From assembly GCA_051010095.1 (NCBI GenBank), contig JBPCVX010000389.1, forward strand, positions 1 to 46,202: a stretch of DNA of 46,202 bases, written 5' to 3'. This DNA comes from Hyphomicrobiales bacterium. Its GTDB lineage: Bacteria > Pseudomonadota > Alphaproteobacteria > Rhizobiales > CAJQND01. The notes under the pieces were generated by a model. It was not told the origin of the DNA. It saw only the letters and a list, made by a program, of their open reading frames with translations, and did not search any database. The position numbers and the translations under genes are program-made. Shown piece after piece: positions 29,593 to 40,091 of this stretch. Numbering within the stretch: position 1 is the first letter of the stretch; the number at the start of each line of letters is the position of its first letter.

Positions 29593-30309
29593 ATGGTTGG
29601 AAGCGCTGGCAGTTCTGGCAGTGAGCAACTGGTGCTCAACCTTCCCCACCGCACGGCAATGGGGCGGGAGGATTTTCTCGTCGCAGGCTCAAACGAGCGT
29701 GCTGTCGCAGAAATAGATTTGTGGCCGGAGTGGCCTCATCACGGGCTTATATTATTAGGTCCTGAGGGCTCTGGGAAAAGCCATCTTGCCAAAGTATTTG
29801 CCGCACACGCTAATGCCATTGTCGTTTCTGCGCGCGATCTAAACAGTGCTGACGTGCCCTCTTATCTTGCGAATGGCGCATGCGTTATTGAAGATTTGGG
29901 GAGTGATAAGCCGTTTGATGAAACGGCCCTGTTCCATACCCTAAATCTTGCGCGTGAGACGGGTGGCAGTGCGTTGATGACATCGCGTCGTGTTGCAGCT
30001 CTTTGGAACATCAGACTGAATGATCTTGCAACAAGGCTTGCTGCAACACCTGTTGTGGAAATCGGTAGCCCCGATGACACGCTGTTGCGCGGGCTCCTTG
30101 TAAAGCTGTTTTCAGACCGCCAACTTGCCGTGGATGAACAAGTGATAAGTTATATGCTTAAGCACATGGAACGCAGTGGCGCTGCGGCGCGTAAACTCGT
30201 TGCAGAGATCGATGCACACGCCTTGAGAACAAAATCAGACGTCACCCGCGCGTTTATCGCCAAACTGTTCCGTGAACACATGAGCGTTGCGATCAGTAGC
30301 GAAGAGTAA
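29593..30309 (+). CDS. hdaA: DnaA-related regulatory inactivator HdaA
   Basis: DnaA-like AAA+ core with Walker A LLGPEGSGKSHL, a length of about 238 aa and a conserved alphaproteobacterial position upstream of ppk. It starts 2 nt after the permease stop. Confidence 0.8.
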   Translation: MVGSAGSSGSEQLVLNLPHRTAMGREDFLVAGSNERAVAEIDLWPEWPHHGLILLGPEGSGKSHLAKVFAAHANAIVVSARDLNSADVPSYLANGACVIEDLGSDKPFDETALFHTLNLARETGGSALMTSRRVAALWNIRLNDLATRLAATPVVEIGSPDDTLLRGLLVKLFSDRQLAVDEQVISYMLKHMERSGAAARKLVAEIDAHALRTKSDVTRAFIAKLFREHMSVAISSEE

Positions 30310-30400
30310 TGACGTTTGATCAAAGTCATATTGTTGCAATAGATATTGCGGTATTATGTCATTGAGTGTGCAAGTTAATGTGTGTTGGGATGCGTAGAGT

Positions 30401-32650
30401 ATGATGGAAGACAACCCAAAAGACGATCTGCAAGAGGAAGTGGCGATTGCCGCCATTGATGTTTCACCAAATGATGAAGGTGAGCATGCTGATTGGGTAA
30501 TGGGTAACCCACACCGGTTCATCAACCGCGAGATTTCTTGGTTGGGTTTCAACACACGCGTTTTGGAAGAGGCAAACAACCCAAACCATCCCTTGCTGGA
30601 GCGCTTACGGTTTTTGTCGATTTCTGGAAACAATCTCGACGAGTTTTTTATGGTGCGCGTTGCTGGTTTGCTGGCACAGGTGCAGGCAGGCGGTGATTTT
30701 GTTAGTGCCGATGGGCGCACTGCAGCCCAACAAGTGAAAGAAGTGCGTGAGCTTGCAGCCCAACTCATGCGTGAGCAAGATCGGCAGTGGCAGATTTTGC
30801 GCGGCGAATTAGCCGAAAATGGTGTTATTCTCTCAGATGCAGAAGAACTGTCCGGTGAAGACAGCGCCTGGGCTGAGAATTACTTTCTTGAGCAGGTTTT
30901 CCCAGTTCTAACGCCTTTGGCGGTGGACCCAGCGCACCCTTTCCCGTTCATTCCAAATAGTGGTTTTACGGTGGCGCTGCGATTGCGGCGCAAGAAAGAT
31001 GGTCACTTCCTGAGTGCGCTCATTCCGGTCCCGCAAAAAGTGGTGCGCTTTATTCGCTTGCCGTCTCACGATGCGGCCGCACAAGAAGCGCGGTTTATTA
31101 CGCTGGAAGATTTGCTTTTCACCCATTCGACCACGCTTTTCCCAGGCTATGAGGTGTTGGGAAAGGGTGTGTTCCGTGTCATTCGCGATAGTGATATCGA
31201 AGTTGAAGAAGAAGCCGAAGATTTGGTGCGCTATTTTGAAAGCGCATTGCTGCGCCGCCGTCGCGGCACCGTGATCCGCCTAGAAGTCGACGCCAGCATG
31301 CCGCTTGATTTGAGGAGTTTTGTGGCTGATGAACTCGCGGTTGATGAAGCAGCAATCGTGGTGTGCGAAGGGTTGGTGGGATATACCGATACCTCTCAGC
31401 TGATCATAGATGAGCGGCCAGATCTCAAATTCACGCCTTATAACGCGCGCTTTCCAGAACGCATTCGCGATCATGGCGGTGATTGTTTTGCAGCGATCAG
31501 TGAAAAAGATTTCGTGGTGCATCATCCTTATGAAAGTTTTGATGTGGTGGTGCAGTTCATCCGCCAGGCAGCTGATGACCCGGATGTCGTGGCGATTAAG
31601 CAAACGCTTTATAGAACGTCGAAAGACAGCCCCATCGTTGCCGCGCTGCAACGGGCTGCAGAGGCCGGGAAATCTGTAACCGCTCTTGTGGAACTCAAAG
31701 CGCGCTTTGATGAGGCGGCAAATATTCAATGGGCGCGCGACCTTGAGCGCGCAGGCGTGCAGGTGGTGTTTGGGTTTATTGAGTGGAAAACCCATGCGAA
31801 ATTGTCTTTGGCGGTGCGCCGGGAAGGAAATACACTGCGGTCATACGTGCATTATGGCACGGGAAATTACCACCCGATTACTGCGAAGATCTATACTGAT
31901 TTGGCCTATTTCACCGCTGATCCGGTGATGGCGCGCGATGCCCAACGGATTTTCAATTTTATCTCTGGATATGCGGAGCCCAAGGAGCTGGAAGCGCTCG
32001 CGATCTCGCCAATCAGCATGCACAAGCGTCTGCTCAAAGACATTAACGGGGAGATTGCGCATGCAAAGGCGGGGGAACCAGCGCGCATTTGGATGAAGCT
32101 TAACTCATTGGTTGATCCCACGATGATTGATGCGCTTTACGAGGCAAGCAATGCCGGGGTGCAGATTGATTTGATCATCCGCGGTATTTGTTGTTTACGG
32201 CCCGATGTTCCCGGATTGTCAGAAAACATCCGCGTAAAATCTATTGTGGGTCGCTTTTTGGAACATTCGCGCATCATCTGTTTTGGGGCAGGGCATGGTT
32301 TGCCGCATAAAAAGGCTAAGGTTTACATGACATCAGCCGACTTGATGCCGCGAAATCTCTACCGGCGGGTGGAGACGCTCGTGCCGATCGAAAACCCGAC
32401 CGTGCACGCGCAAGTACTCTCCCAAATCATGGTTGCAAACCTGCGCGATAACCAACAAAGTTGGGACATGATGGGGGATGGTTCATGGCATCGGGTGGTG
32501 CCGGAAGACGGCGAAGAGCCGTTTAACGCGCATGAATATTTCATGACGAATCCAAGTTTGTCTGGACGGGGGAAGGCGTTGAAAAAGAACTTACCATTAG
32601 GAATTGAACGGCGCCGCAACGCATCGGGCGAACCGCGTGGCACCAAGTAA
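30401..32650 (+). CDS. ppk: Polyphosphate kinase 1
   Basis: [20 protein letters not shown]-terminal motif, the phospho-His region [13 protein letters not shown] and the [12 protein letters not shown]-like motif. The protein is 749 aa. Confidence 0.95.
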   Translation: MMEDNPKDDLQEEVAIAAIDVSPNDEGEHADWVMGNPHRFINREISWLGFNTRVLEEANNPNHPLLERLRFLSISGNNLDEFFMVRVAGLLAQVQAGGDFVSADGRTAAQQVKEVRELAAQLMREQDRQWQILRGELAENGVILSDAEELSGEDSAWAENYFLEQVFPVLTPLAVDPAHPFPFIPNSGFTVALRLRRKKDGHFLSALIPVPQKVVRFIRLPSHDAAAQEARFITLEDLLFTHSTTLFPGYEVLGKGVFRVIRDSDIEVEEEAEDLVRYFESALLRRRRGTVIRLEVDASMPLDLRSFVADELAVDEAAIVVCEGLVGYTDTSQLIIDERPDLKFTPYNARFPERIRDHGGDCFAAISEKDFVVHHPYESFDVVVQFIRQAADDPDVVAIKQTLYRTSKDSPIVAALQRAAEAGKSVTALVELKARFDEAANIQWARDLERAGVQVVFGFIEWKTHAKLSLAVRREGNTLRSYVHYGTGNYHPITAKIYTDLAYFTADPVMARDAQRIFNFISGYAEPKELEALAISPISMHKRLLKDINGEIAHAKAGEPARIWMKLNSLVDPTMIDALYEASNAGVQIDLIIRGICCLRPDVPGLSENIRVKSIVGRFLEHSRIICFGAGHGLPHKKAKVYMTSADLMPRNLYRRVETLVPIENPTVHAQVLSQIMVANLRDNQQSWDMMGDGSWHRVVPEDGEEPFNAHEYFMTNPSLSGRGKALKKNLPLGIERRRNASGEPRGTK

Positions 32651-34154
32651 GATTGATAAGACGTTACGGCGTCCGCGCTTTAGGCCGGTTGGAATTGTCG
32701 ACATTGGGTCTAACTCTGTGCGTCTTGTGGTGTATGACGGTCTGCGCCGGGCACCCGCGCCGATATTCAATGAAAAACTTCTCTGCGGCTTGGGCCGCGG
32801 TGTGGCGATCACGGGTAAGTTGTCCGACGAAGGCATCGAGCGCGCGTTAAAAGCCCTGTCGCGGTTTAAGCTTTTGTGCCTCCATATTGGCGTTGAAGAT
32901 TTGTTTGCGGTGGCAACAGCAGCAGCTCGTGAGGCAAAAAACGGCCCAGAGTTCATCAAACAGGCGCGCGAGGCATTAGGTGCGAAAATCAACGTGCTGT
33001 CTGGCAAGAAAGAAGCACGGCTTGCGGCCATGGGCGTGCTATCAGCAATTCCTGATGCCGATGGCATGGTGGGTGATTTGGGTGGTGGCAGCCTGGAACT
33101 GGTCGATGTGCGCGGCGGTGAAATTGGTGATGGCGTCACCCTTCCATTAGGGCCTTTGCGTTTGCGCGATGTTTCTGGCGGATCGCAAGAAGAAGCCCGT
33201 GAGCTCATTGATGATGCGTTTTCATCGCTAAAATTGCTGAAGCTGCTCAAGGGGCGCAATTTTTATGCGGTTGGTGGGGCGTGGCGTAACCTTGCGCGGC
33301 TTCATGTCGCACAAAACCAATATCCTTTGAATGTTATGCAGGCATATACGATCGAACAGAATGCGGCCCGCTCACTGGCCGGTTTGGTTTCTGGTTTAAG
33401 CCCGGAAAGTCTGCGGGAAATTGGATCGATTAATTCGGTGCGTGCGGAGACCTTGCCCTTGGCATCGATGGTTCTTGATCGCTTGCTGCGCTACGGCGAC
33501 CCTAGCCAAGTTGTGATGTCAGCCAGCGGGTTGCGCGAAGGTTTGCTGCACTCAAAGTTACCAAAAAAGAAGCGCGGCCAAGATCCTTTGTTGGCGGCAT
33601 GCTGGGATACAGCCCGCATGATGGCACGTTCGCCGGAACATGAGCGTGAATTGTGCAAATGGACAGATCAACTTTTTAAAGAAAGTCCGCTGAAGGAAAA
33701 TGCTGCGCAAAAACGCTTGCGGTACGCGGCGTGCTTGTTGGCTGACACAGGATGGTTGACCCACCCCAACTATCGTGGTGAACGCGCACTCACCCATGTT
33801 TCGGAGGCAAGTTTCTCTGGTGTTGATCACCCTGGGCGCATCTTTTTGGCGCTCGCCATTTATTATCGTTACAAGGGGCCATATTCTGAAAGTGCTCCTG
33901 ATGCGCTTGTGTCAATGGTTGACGGTAATATGGCAGATCGTGCGCGATTGATCGCAGCTGCCCAGCGTTTATCTTACGTGCTTTCAGGTGCAATGCCAGG
34001 CGTGTTGCCGAAATTGAAACTAGAATTCAAAAGCGGCAGAATTCTTGAATTACGTTTGCCCAAGAGCTTAAGGAATCTGAACGGTGAACGGGTTGAAAAA
34101 CGTCTTCTGGATCTTGCCATCCTTATTGGATGCAAGGCTAAAGTGAAAAACTAG
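32604..34154 (+). CDS. ppx: Exopolyphosphatase (Ppx/GppA family)
   Basis: [20 protein letters not shown]-fold motif. The start is uncertain between TTG at 32604 and in-frame GTG at 32637. Either one overlaps the ppk 3' end. Confidence 0.9.
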   Translation: MNGAATHRANRVAPSKIDKTLRRPRFRPVGIVDIGSNSVRLVVYDGLRRAPAPIFNEKLLCGLGRGVAITGKLSDEGIERALKALSRFKLLCLHIGVEDLFAVATAAAREAKNGPEFIKQAREALGAKINVLSGKKEARLAAMGVLSAIPDADGMVGDLGGGSLELVDVRGGEIGDGVTLPLGPLRLRDVSGGSQEEARELIDDAFSSLKLLKLLKGRNFYAVGGAWRNLARLHVAQNQYPLNVMQAYTIEQNAARSLAGLVSGLSPESLREIGSINSVRAETLPLASMVLDRLLRYGDPSQVVMSASGLREGLLHSKLPKKKRGQDPLLAACWDTARMMARSPEHERELCKWTDQLFKESPLKENAAQKRLRYAACLLADTGWLTHPNYRGERALTHVSEASFSGVDHPGRIFLALAIYYRYKGPYSESAPDALVSMVDGNMADRARLIAAAQRLSYVLSGAMPGVLPKLKLEFKSGRILELRLPKSLRNLNGERVEKRLLDLAILIGCKAKVKN

Positions 34155-34160
34155 AGCGCC

Positions 34161-35336
34161 TTATTCAGCAGCTTTGAAAGTTGAAGCATCCCGTGGAACA
34201 GTGATTGCCTCCCCATTTTCAACCGCAATCGCAAGGCGCCCATGCTTGATATCGAGCGCGAGGTTGCCAAATAGCTTGCGCCGCCACCCTTGCAGGGCAC
34301 GCACATCCGCATTGTCTGACAAGGCAATTGCTTCCAGATCCGATACATTCGCGATCAACTTTGGTGCAACATTATTCTGTTCACACACCAGCTTAAGCGC
34401 AACTTTTAACAGATCCACGAGCGGGCCAGGCGGTTTGGCTGGGCCATGTCCGTTCTTGATTTCAGGAAGGGTGGAAGGATCACGCCGTGCTGCCTCGCTC
34501 AAGGCAACAAAAATACCCTTAGAATGGCGCGAGTTAGCGAAGCCACGCGGGACGGCGCGTAATTTTCCAAGCGCGTCGACATCTTTTGGCAACTGGGTCG
34601 CAATTTCAGCCAAAGCATCGTCCTTCAAGATACGTCCTCGAGGTACATCACGATCTTGGGCTTCTTTTTCACGCCACGCTGCCAGTTCAATGAATGCGGC
34701 CAACGCGCGCTTGTTGCGGGCGCGAAATTTTAGCCGCTGCCAGGCGCGTTCTGGCACGACGAAATAGGTGTCGGCAGAGGTGAGTATTTCCATCTCTTCA
34801 GCAAGCCAGCTTTCCCTGTCTGTGCGGTCAAGCTCGGTTTTGAGATGCTCGTAAACTTGCCGCAGATGGGTGACATCGGAAAGCGCATATTTGAGCTGTT
34901 TATCGCTCAAAGGCCGCCGTGACCAATCTGTGAAACGCGAAGTTTTGTCGATCTGTCCACCGGTGATCTGGCGCACAATGTTCTCATAACCAACTGAATC
35001 GCCGAAGCCGCTTACCATTGCCGCGACCTGGGTATCAAACAGGGGCTTTGGAATAAGCTTGCCGAGATTATAGACAATCTCAACATCTTGCCTGGCGGCA
35101 TGAAACACCTTCACCACGCTCTCATTTGCCATCAATTCAAAGAACGGCTCGAGAGAAATACCGTCTGCCAGCGGGTCGACGATCACCTCTTTGGTTTCGC
35201 CTGCCATTTGGATAAGACACAGCTGCGGCCAATAGGTGGACTCGCGCATGAATTCCGTATCTACCGTGACGTATGGTTCTTTGGCGTAGATCTCGCAAAC
35301 CTCTGCGAGGTCTTCAGTCGTTGTGACAATATGCAT
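34161..35336 (-). CDS. rnd: Ribonuclease D
   Basis: DEDD exonuclease motif VTVDTEFMRE, YALSDVTHL and a C-terminal HRDC-like region. Confidence 0.9.
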   Translation of the reverse strand: MHIVTTTEDLAEVCEIYAKEPYVTVDTEFMRESTYWPQLCLIQMAGETKEVIVDPLADGISLEPFFELMANESVVKVFHAARQDVEIVYNLGKLIPKPLFDTQVAAMVSGFGDSVGYENIVRQITGGQIDKTSRFTDWSRRPLSDKQLKYALSDVTHLRQVYEHLKTELDRTDRESWLAEEMEILTSADTYFVVPERAWQRLKFRARNKRALAAFIELAAWREKEAQDRDVPRGRILKDDALAEIATQLPKDVDALGKLRAVPRGFANSRHSKGIFVALSEAARRDPSTLPEIKNGHGPAKPPGPLVDLLKVALKLVCEQNNVAPKLIANVSDLEAIALSDNADVRALQGWRRKLFGNLALDIKHGRLAIAVENGEAITVPRDASTFKAAE

Positions 35337-35399
35337 TTGGGGCTTATAGCCTATGACGTATGAGTCGTCATTACGACTGGCGGAATGCCTGAAAAAACT

Positions 35400-36638
35400 T
35401 CATGTTTTCCCCGGGTTTTCTTTACGTTCGGGCTTTTGCGCCATTTTAAAGATCGCCGGCGACGTGCGCAGCAGCGCCACATAGCGCGTACGCCCCATCA
35501 CGCGGGGGTTAACAATATAGCGCCAGATCAATGGGCCAATGAGCGATGCATGCACAATCGAGGTGTATGTGAAAAAGGCGCTGGCACCATATTTCTCAAT
35601 GACCCAGGAGGCGATAAGCGGACCAACTGCTGCGCCGATTGAGAAAAACAGCATAAGGCCTGCTGAAACCAGAACATACTGGCCATCATGGGCGCGGTCG
35701 TTAGCGTGGGCCGCCGAAAGTGAAAACAAAGGTAGCGCGAAGGCGCCAAACATGAAGATGCCCATATAAATCAACAGCGGGTTTTCGCCCGTTATACCGC
35801 CCAAGAACATGCCAGAAGCCGCGGCTCCCATGGTTGCGATGAGCAAAATCAACCGACGGTCTAAGCGGTCAGACAGATACCCCATGGGATATTGAAGTGC
35901 GGCACCCCCAAGAATGCCAGCGCTCATGAAGGTGGCGACTTCCGTAACATCAAGGCCCATTTCATTGGCATAGAGCGGGCCAACCAAACGGAAGGCCGAG
36001 TTAGTGAGCCCAATCGTCGTAGCACCAATGCAGGCGAGTGGCGAAATCATCCATACGGCGCGCAAGTCAAGTTTAACTTGTTCTGGTGGCTGAGGGCGGG
36101 AGCGGTCAGAAAGCGAAATCGGCACCATTGAGAGGCATAAAAACATGCCGATGACGATGAACAGGTTTGGTCCATCGGTGCCGATGATGGGTAACAGGAA
36201 TTGTGTGCTGGTCACCGCGCTCAAATCGACGATCCGGTAAATAGAGAGCACCCTGCCTCGGTCGTCATTGTGGACGCTGGCATTGATCCAGCTTTCAACG
36301 ACCATGAACAGCCCGGCAAAGCAAAATCCCATCACAAAGCGGGCGATGGTCCAGGCAATGGGGTCGATAACCAATATCAAGCACAAAACGCTTACAGTGG
36401 CGATGGCTGACAGCGCAGTAAACACGCGGATATGACCAACAGCACGGATGAGTTTTGCCGCGAAGAAACAAGATGCGATGAAACCGCAGAAATAAGCGGC
36501 GCCAAGCAGGCCAATCACGATTGGCGAAAAACCTTCCTGAGTTGCACGCAGAGCAATGGCTGTGCCGATAAGTCCGTTACCAGCCAACAATATCGCCGCC
36601 GCGGTGAGCAGCGGCACAAGAGAACGCAGCGACGCCAT
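35400..36638 (-). CDS. MFS transporter
   Basis: A 412-aa protein with about 12 hydrophobic helices and an MFS loop motif (LSDRLDRR). Confidence 0.8.
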   Translation of the reverse strand: MASLRSLVPLLTAAAILLAGNGLIGTAIALRATQEGFSPIVIGLLGAAYFCGFIASCFFAAKLIRAVGHIRVFTALSAIATVSVLCLILVIDPIAWTIARFVMGFCFAGLFMVVESWINASVHNDDRGRVLSIYRIVDLSAVTSTQFLLPIIGTDGPNLFIVIGMFLCLSMVPISLSDRSRPQPPEQVKLDLRAVWMISPLACIGATTIGLTNSAFRLVGPLYANEMGLDVTEVATFMSAGILGGAALQYPMGYLSDRLDRRLILLIATMGAAASGMFLGGITGENPLLIYMGIFMFGAFALPLFSLSAAHANDRAHDGQYVLVSAGLMLFFSIGAAVGPLIASWVIEKYGASAFFTYTSIVHASLIGPLIWRYIVNPRVMGRTRYVALLRTSPAIFKMAQKPERKENPGKT

Positions 36639-36750
36639 AAGTGGTCACTTAAATCAAATTAATACACTTCAATACTAACCTGAATTCGCGATTTTTTGGT
36701 GTGTTAATCCTGCAAACCTCATGTGCGTGCGCTGCATGGCGGTTCAGCAT

Positions 36751-38196
36751 TCATCCACCATGCTCGGCCAGGAATGCATTGGTTTCTTCAAAGAACATAT
36801 CGAACGCCTCGCTGCCTTCTATGAGTGCGTGATTATTGCCGGGCAGCATGACAAATCGGGCACCTGGAATCTGCGCTGCCATATACCGACCCTCTTCGAG
36901 GGGTGCCATGCGGTCGCCTTCACAGTGAAGCACGAGTGTTGGTACTTTGATTTGCTTGGCATAATCAGCGACATCAACTTTGCCGTTCATTTCCCAAATG
37001 CGCAGTGCATTTTGCGGCGTGATTGAGATGCGTTGTAATTCATCAAAACTGTCGGCCTGTTGAGCTGTTGCGTCTGGCATGAATGCGGCTGTGAAAAAGT
37101 GCCGATAGGCAGGGTTGGGTGAACCCCAGCCTTGCTCAATCATTGTGCCTGCGGCGTGATACAAATCTTCCTGTTCTTTTGAATCGCGCATCAGCCTTCC
37201 GCGCACATAGCCACCTAAAAAAACCAAACACTTAACACGGTCAGGGTTTTCAACTGCATAGCGGATCGAGAACGAGCATCCTTGGGAAATGGCAAAGATA
37301 GCGAACTTATCAAGTCCCGCAGAATCTGCCACTGCACCCATATCTTTTATCATCATGTTTTCTGAAATCTCGCCCACGTCCCAGTCAGACAATCCATTTC
37401 CGCGCTGATCAAAGCGGACGAGTTCATTACTTTGCGCAAGCCTTGCAAAGGCCGGACCCCAGACCGGACTGCGCCACTCATACTCTATGTGGTTAAGCCA
37501 ATTCGGTGCCTTTAAGAGCGGAGAGCCTTTGCCAACGCGTGCATAGGCAATCTGTGCGCCATCGTCAGATGCGCAAAACTGGATTTGTTGGTTCAAAGCT
37601 GTGTCGGAAATATCAATCTCGGATACAGGTGCATCCGGCGCCCATTGCCAAACGCGGATAGCGCGTGAAATGTTTTTGACACGTTGTGAGCCAAGATCGC
37701 GGAAGGTCTCAGTCAGGGGACCTTGTACAGTTTGGTAGACTGTGTCCGAAACACACACGCCGCCTGGTTCAGCAAGCGACTCTAGGCGAGCCGCCACATT
37801 TACGCCGTCGCCAAAAATATCATCGTCTTCAAAGATCACGTCACCCAAATTGATGCCGACGCGGTATTGAATACGTTTGTCTTCGGGTTTTTCGCCCTCA
37901 CGGTGTTGCATACCTTGTTGAATGCTTATGGCACATCGCACCGCATCTTGCGCGCTTGGAAACTCCGCCAGTAGCCCATCGCCAGTTGTTTTGACAATAC
38001 GACCGTGATTATTTCCAATTTCCGGATCGATAAGTTCATGGCGATGCTCTTTCTGCCGAATGATAATGCCATCTTCATCGATTTCCATCAGCCGGCTAAA
38101 GCCAAACATGTCGGCAGCGAGTATTGCGGTAAGTCGTCTTTCCATTCCCAGCTCCACCTTAGTGTCACTATAACGAATTCTCCGGTTTGTGGCCAT
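36751..38196 (-). CDS. Class III adenylate/guanylate cyclase domain fused to a C-terminal alpha/beta-hydrolase domain
   Basis: Cyclase motifs: RRLTAILAADMFGFSRL, KTTGDGLLAEF (metal Asp plus Lys) and FGDGVNVAARLE (Asn/Arg). Hydrolase motifs: nucleophile elbow AISQGCS, LHCEGDRMAP and GNNHALIE. The start is either the ATG at 38196 (MATNRR) or the ATG at 38145 (MERRL). Confidence 0.82.
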   Translation of the reverse strand: MATNRRIRYSDTKVELGMERRLTAILAADMFGFSRLMEIDEDGIIIRQKEHRHELIDPEIGNNHGRIVKTTGDGLLAEFPSAQDAVRCAISIQQGMQHREGEKPEDKRIQYRVGINLGDVIFEDDDIFGDGVNVAARLESLAEPGGVCVSDTVYQTVQGPLTETFRDLGSQRVKNISRAIRVWQWAPDAPVSEIDISDTALNQQIQFCASDDGAQIAYARVGKGSPLLKAPNWLNHIEYEWRSPVWGPAFARLAQSNELVRFDQRGNGLSDWDVGEISENMMIKDMGAVADSAGLDKFAIFAISQGCSFSIRYAVENPDRVKCLVFLGGYVRGRLMRDSKEQEDLYHAAGTMIEQGWGSPNPAYRHFFTAAFMPDATAQQADSFDELQRISITPQNALRIWEMNGKVDVADYAKQIKVPTLVLHCEGDRMAPLEEGRYMAAQIPGARFVMLPGNNHALIEGSEAFDMFFEETNAFLAEHGG

Positions 38197-38309
38197 GGGT
38201 TCATGAGAGCTGCGCAATTCACTCCTGACTTGACAAATCGGTGCTTGCATGCGCTTTACCGCCTGCCTAAAAGACGGCAACTTCACAATTACTTATCAGG
38301 GTTAGTCCC

Positions 38310-40082
38310 ATGCATGCTTACCGCTCTCACACCTGTAACGACTTGCGTAAATCTGACGTAGGCTCCACCGCGCGCCTATCTGGGTGGGTGCACCGGGTAA
38401 GGGACCATGGTGGATTGCTGTTTATCGATCTGCGCGACCATTATGGCCTGACCCAGATTGTCGCTGATCCGGATTCGCCAGCCTTCAAGACCGCTGAACT
38501 TGTTCGCTCTGAATGGGTGATCCGCATTGATGGTGAAGTAAAAGCGCGTTCCGACGATACGGTGAATTCAAATCTGGCAACCGGTGAGATCGAGGTATTT
38601 GCCTCTGAAATTGAAATTCTGAGCAAGGCAGCTGAGCTTCCATTGCCGGTGTTTGGCGATCTGGATTATCCAGAAGAAACGCGCCTCAAGTACCGCTTCC
38701 TGGACTTGCGTCGCGACAAGCTGCACGCCAACATTATGAAGCGTGCGCAGATTATTTCATCTATCCGCCGCCGCATGACAGGTGCTGGGTTCTTTGAATT
38801 CCAGACACCTATTCTCACGGCATCATCGCCGGAAGGGGCGCGAGATTTCCTGGTGCCTTCACGCATGCATCCGGGCAAGTTTTATGCGCTGCCCCAGGCG
38901 CCGCAGCAGTTCAAGCAGCTCATTATGATGTCTGGCTTTGACCGCTATTTCCAAATCGCGCCGTGCTTCCGTGATGAAGATGCGCGCGCCGATCGTTCGC
39001 CGGGCGAATTTTACCAGCTCGATATTGAGATGAGCTTTGTGACTCAGGAAGATGTGTTTAACGCCGTAGAGCCGGTGCTGCGCGATCTGTTTGTTGAGTT
39101 TGCAGACGGTAAAAAGGTGACCGAAAAATTCCCGCGCATTCCTTATGCGGAAGCGATGACGAAATATGGGTCCGACAAGCCTGATCTGCGTATTCCCATT
39201 GAGATGGAAGACGTGACACCGCATTTTGATGGCTCGGGCTTCAAGGTGTTTGCTGGCCAGATTGCAGCCGACGATAATGTCCGCGTCTGGGCGATCCCAG
39301 CCAAGAAGGGCGGCAGCCGCGCATTTTGTGACCGCATGAATTCATGGGCGCAAAAGCAAGGCCAGCCAGGTCTTGGCTATATCTTTTTCCGAGACGGGGA
39401 AGGGGCAGGACCTGTTGCCAAGAACATTGGCGCGGAACGCACTGCCGCACTGCGCGAACAGCTTGGCCTTGAAGATGGTGATGCGGTGTTCTTTACCTGT
39501 GGTGTGCCGAAAAACTTTGTGTCTTTCGCAGGCCAGGCCCGCACCCGCGTGGGCGAAGAACTGGACCTCATTGATGAAGATGCTTTCGAGTTTTGCTGGA
39601 TCGTCGACTTCCCAATGTTTGAATGGGATGAGGAAGAAAAGAAAGTTGAGTTCTCTCACAACCCGTTCTCGATGCCGCAAGGTGGCCTTGAAGCGCTAGA
39701 GACAATGGACCCGCTCGATATCAAGGCCTACCAATACGACATTGTATGCAACGGGGTAGAGCTTTCATCGGGCGCCATCCGGAACCACATTCCAGAAATC
39801 ATGGAAAAGGCCTTTGATATTGCAGGCTATGACCGCAGCGTATTGGAAGACAAATTTGGCGGCATGCTGAACGCGCTTAAATATGGCGCACCGCCCCATG
39901 GTGGCATTGCACCGGGTATAGACCGTATCGTCATGCTGCTGTGTGGTGAAGAGAACCTGCGCGAAGTAACCTTGTTCCCAATGAACCAGCAGGCGGAAGA
40001 CCTTATGATGGCGGCACCATCAGAAGTGAACGCGCGCCAATTGCGCGAGCTGCATATTAGGCTGAACCTGCCCAAAGAATAG
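38310..40082 (+). CDS. aspS: Aspartate--tRNA ligase (probably the non-discriminating bacterial type)
   Basis: Class II aaRS motifs FRDED and [11 protein letters not shown], plus an N-terminal OB-fold region [22 protein letters not shown]. Confidence 0.95.
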   Translation: MHAYRSHTCNDLRKSDVGSTARLSGWVHRVRDHGGLLFIDLRDHYGLTQIVADPDSPAFKTAELVRSEWVIRIDGEVKARSDDTVNSNLATGEIEVFASEIEILSKAAELPLPVFGDLDYPEETRLKYRFLDLRRDKLHANIMKRAQIISSIRRRMTGAGFFEFQTPILTASSPEGARDFLVPSRMHPGKFYALPQAPQQFKQLIMMSGFDRYFQIAPCFRDEDARADRSPGEFYQLDIEMSFVTQEDVFNAVEPVLRDLFVEFADGKKVTEKFPRIPYAEAMTKYGSDKPDLRIPIEMEDVTPHFDGSGFKVFAGQIAADDNVRVWAIPAKKGGSRAFCDRMNSWAQKQGQPGLGYIFFRDGEGAGPVAKNIGAERTAALREQLGLEDGDAVFFTCGVPKNFVSFAGQARTRVGEELDLIDEDAFEFCWIVDFPMFEWDEEEKKVEFSHNPFSMPQGGLEALETMDPLDIKAYQYDIVCNGVELSSGAIRNHIPEIMEKAFDIAGYDRSVLEDKFGGMLNALKYGAPPHGGIAPGIDRIVMLLCGEENLREVTLFPMNQQAEDLMMAAPSEVNARQLRELHIRLNLPKE

Positions 40083-40091
40083 CGAACCAGT

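Noticed and set aside
30310-30400. The near-palindrome GACGTTTGATCAAAGTC and nearby TTGCAATA/TATTGCGG repeats upstream of ppk, considered as a regulatory site.
   Set aside because: These are short, imperfect dyads with no match to a motif I can name, and chance occurrence is likely in a 90-bp AT-rich spacer.
32597-33259. A 220-aa minus-strand ORF antisense to the ppx 5' region.
   Set aside because: It has a Ser/Pro/Arg-rich antisense-type composition. The ppx frame carries the diagnostic DIGSNSVR motif.
34174-34767. A 197-aa plus-strand ORF antisense to rnd.
   Set aside because: It has a low-complexity Ser/Arg/Ala composition and lies inside the well-supported RNase D CDS.
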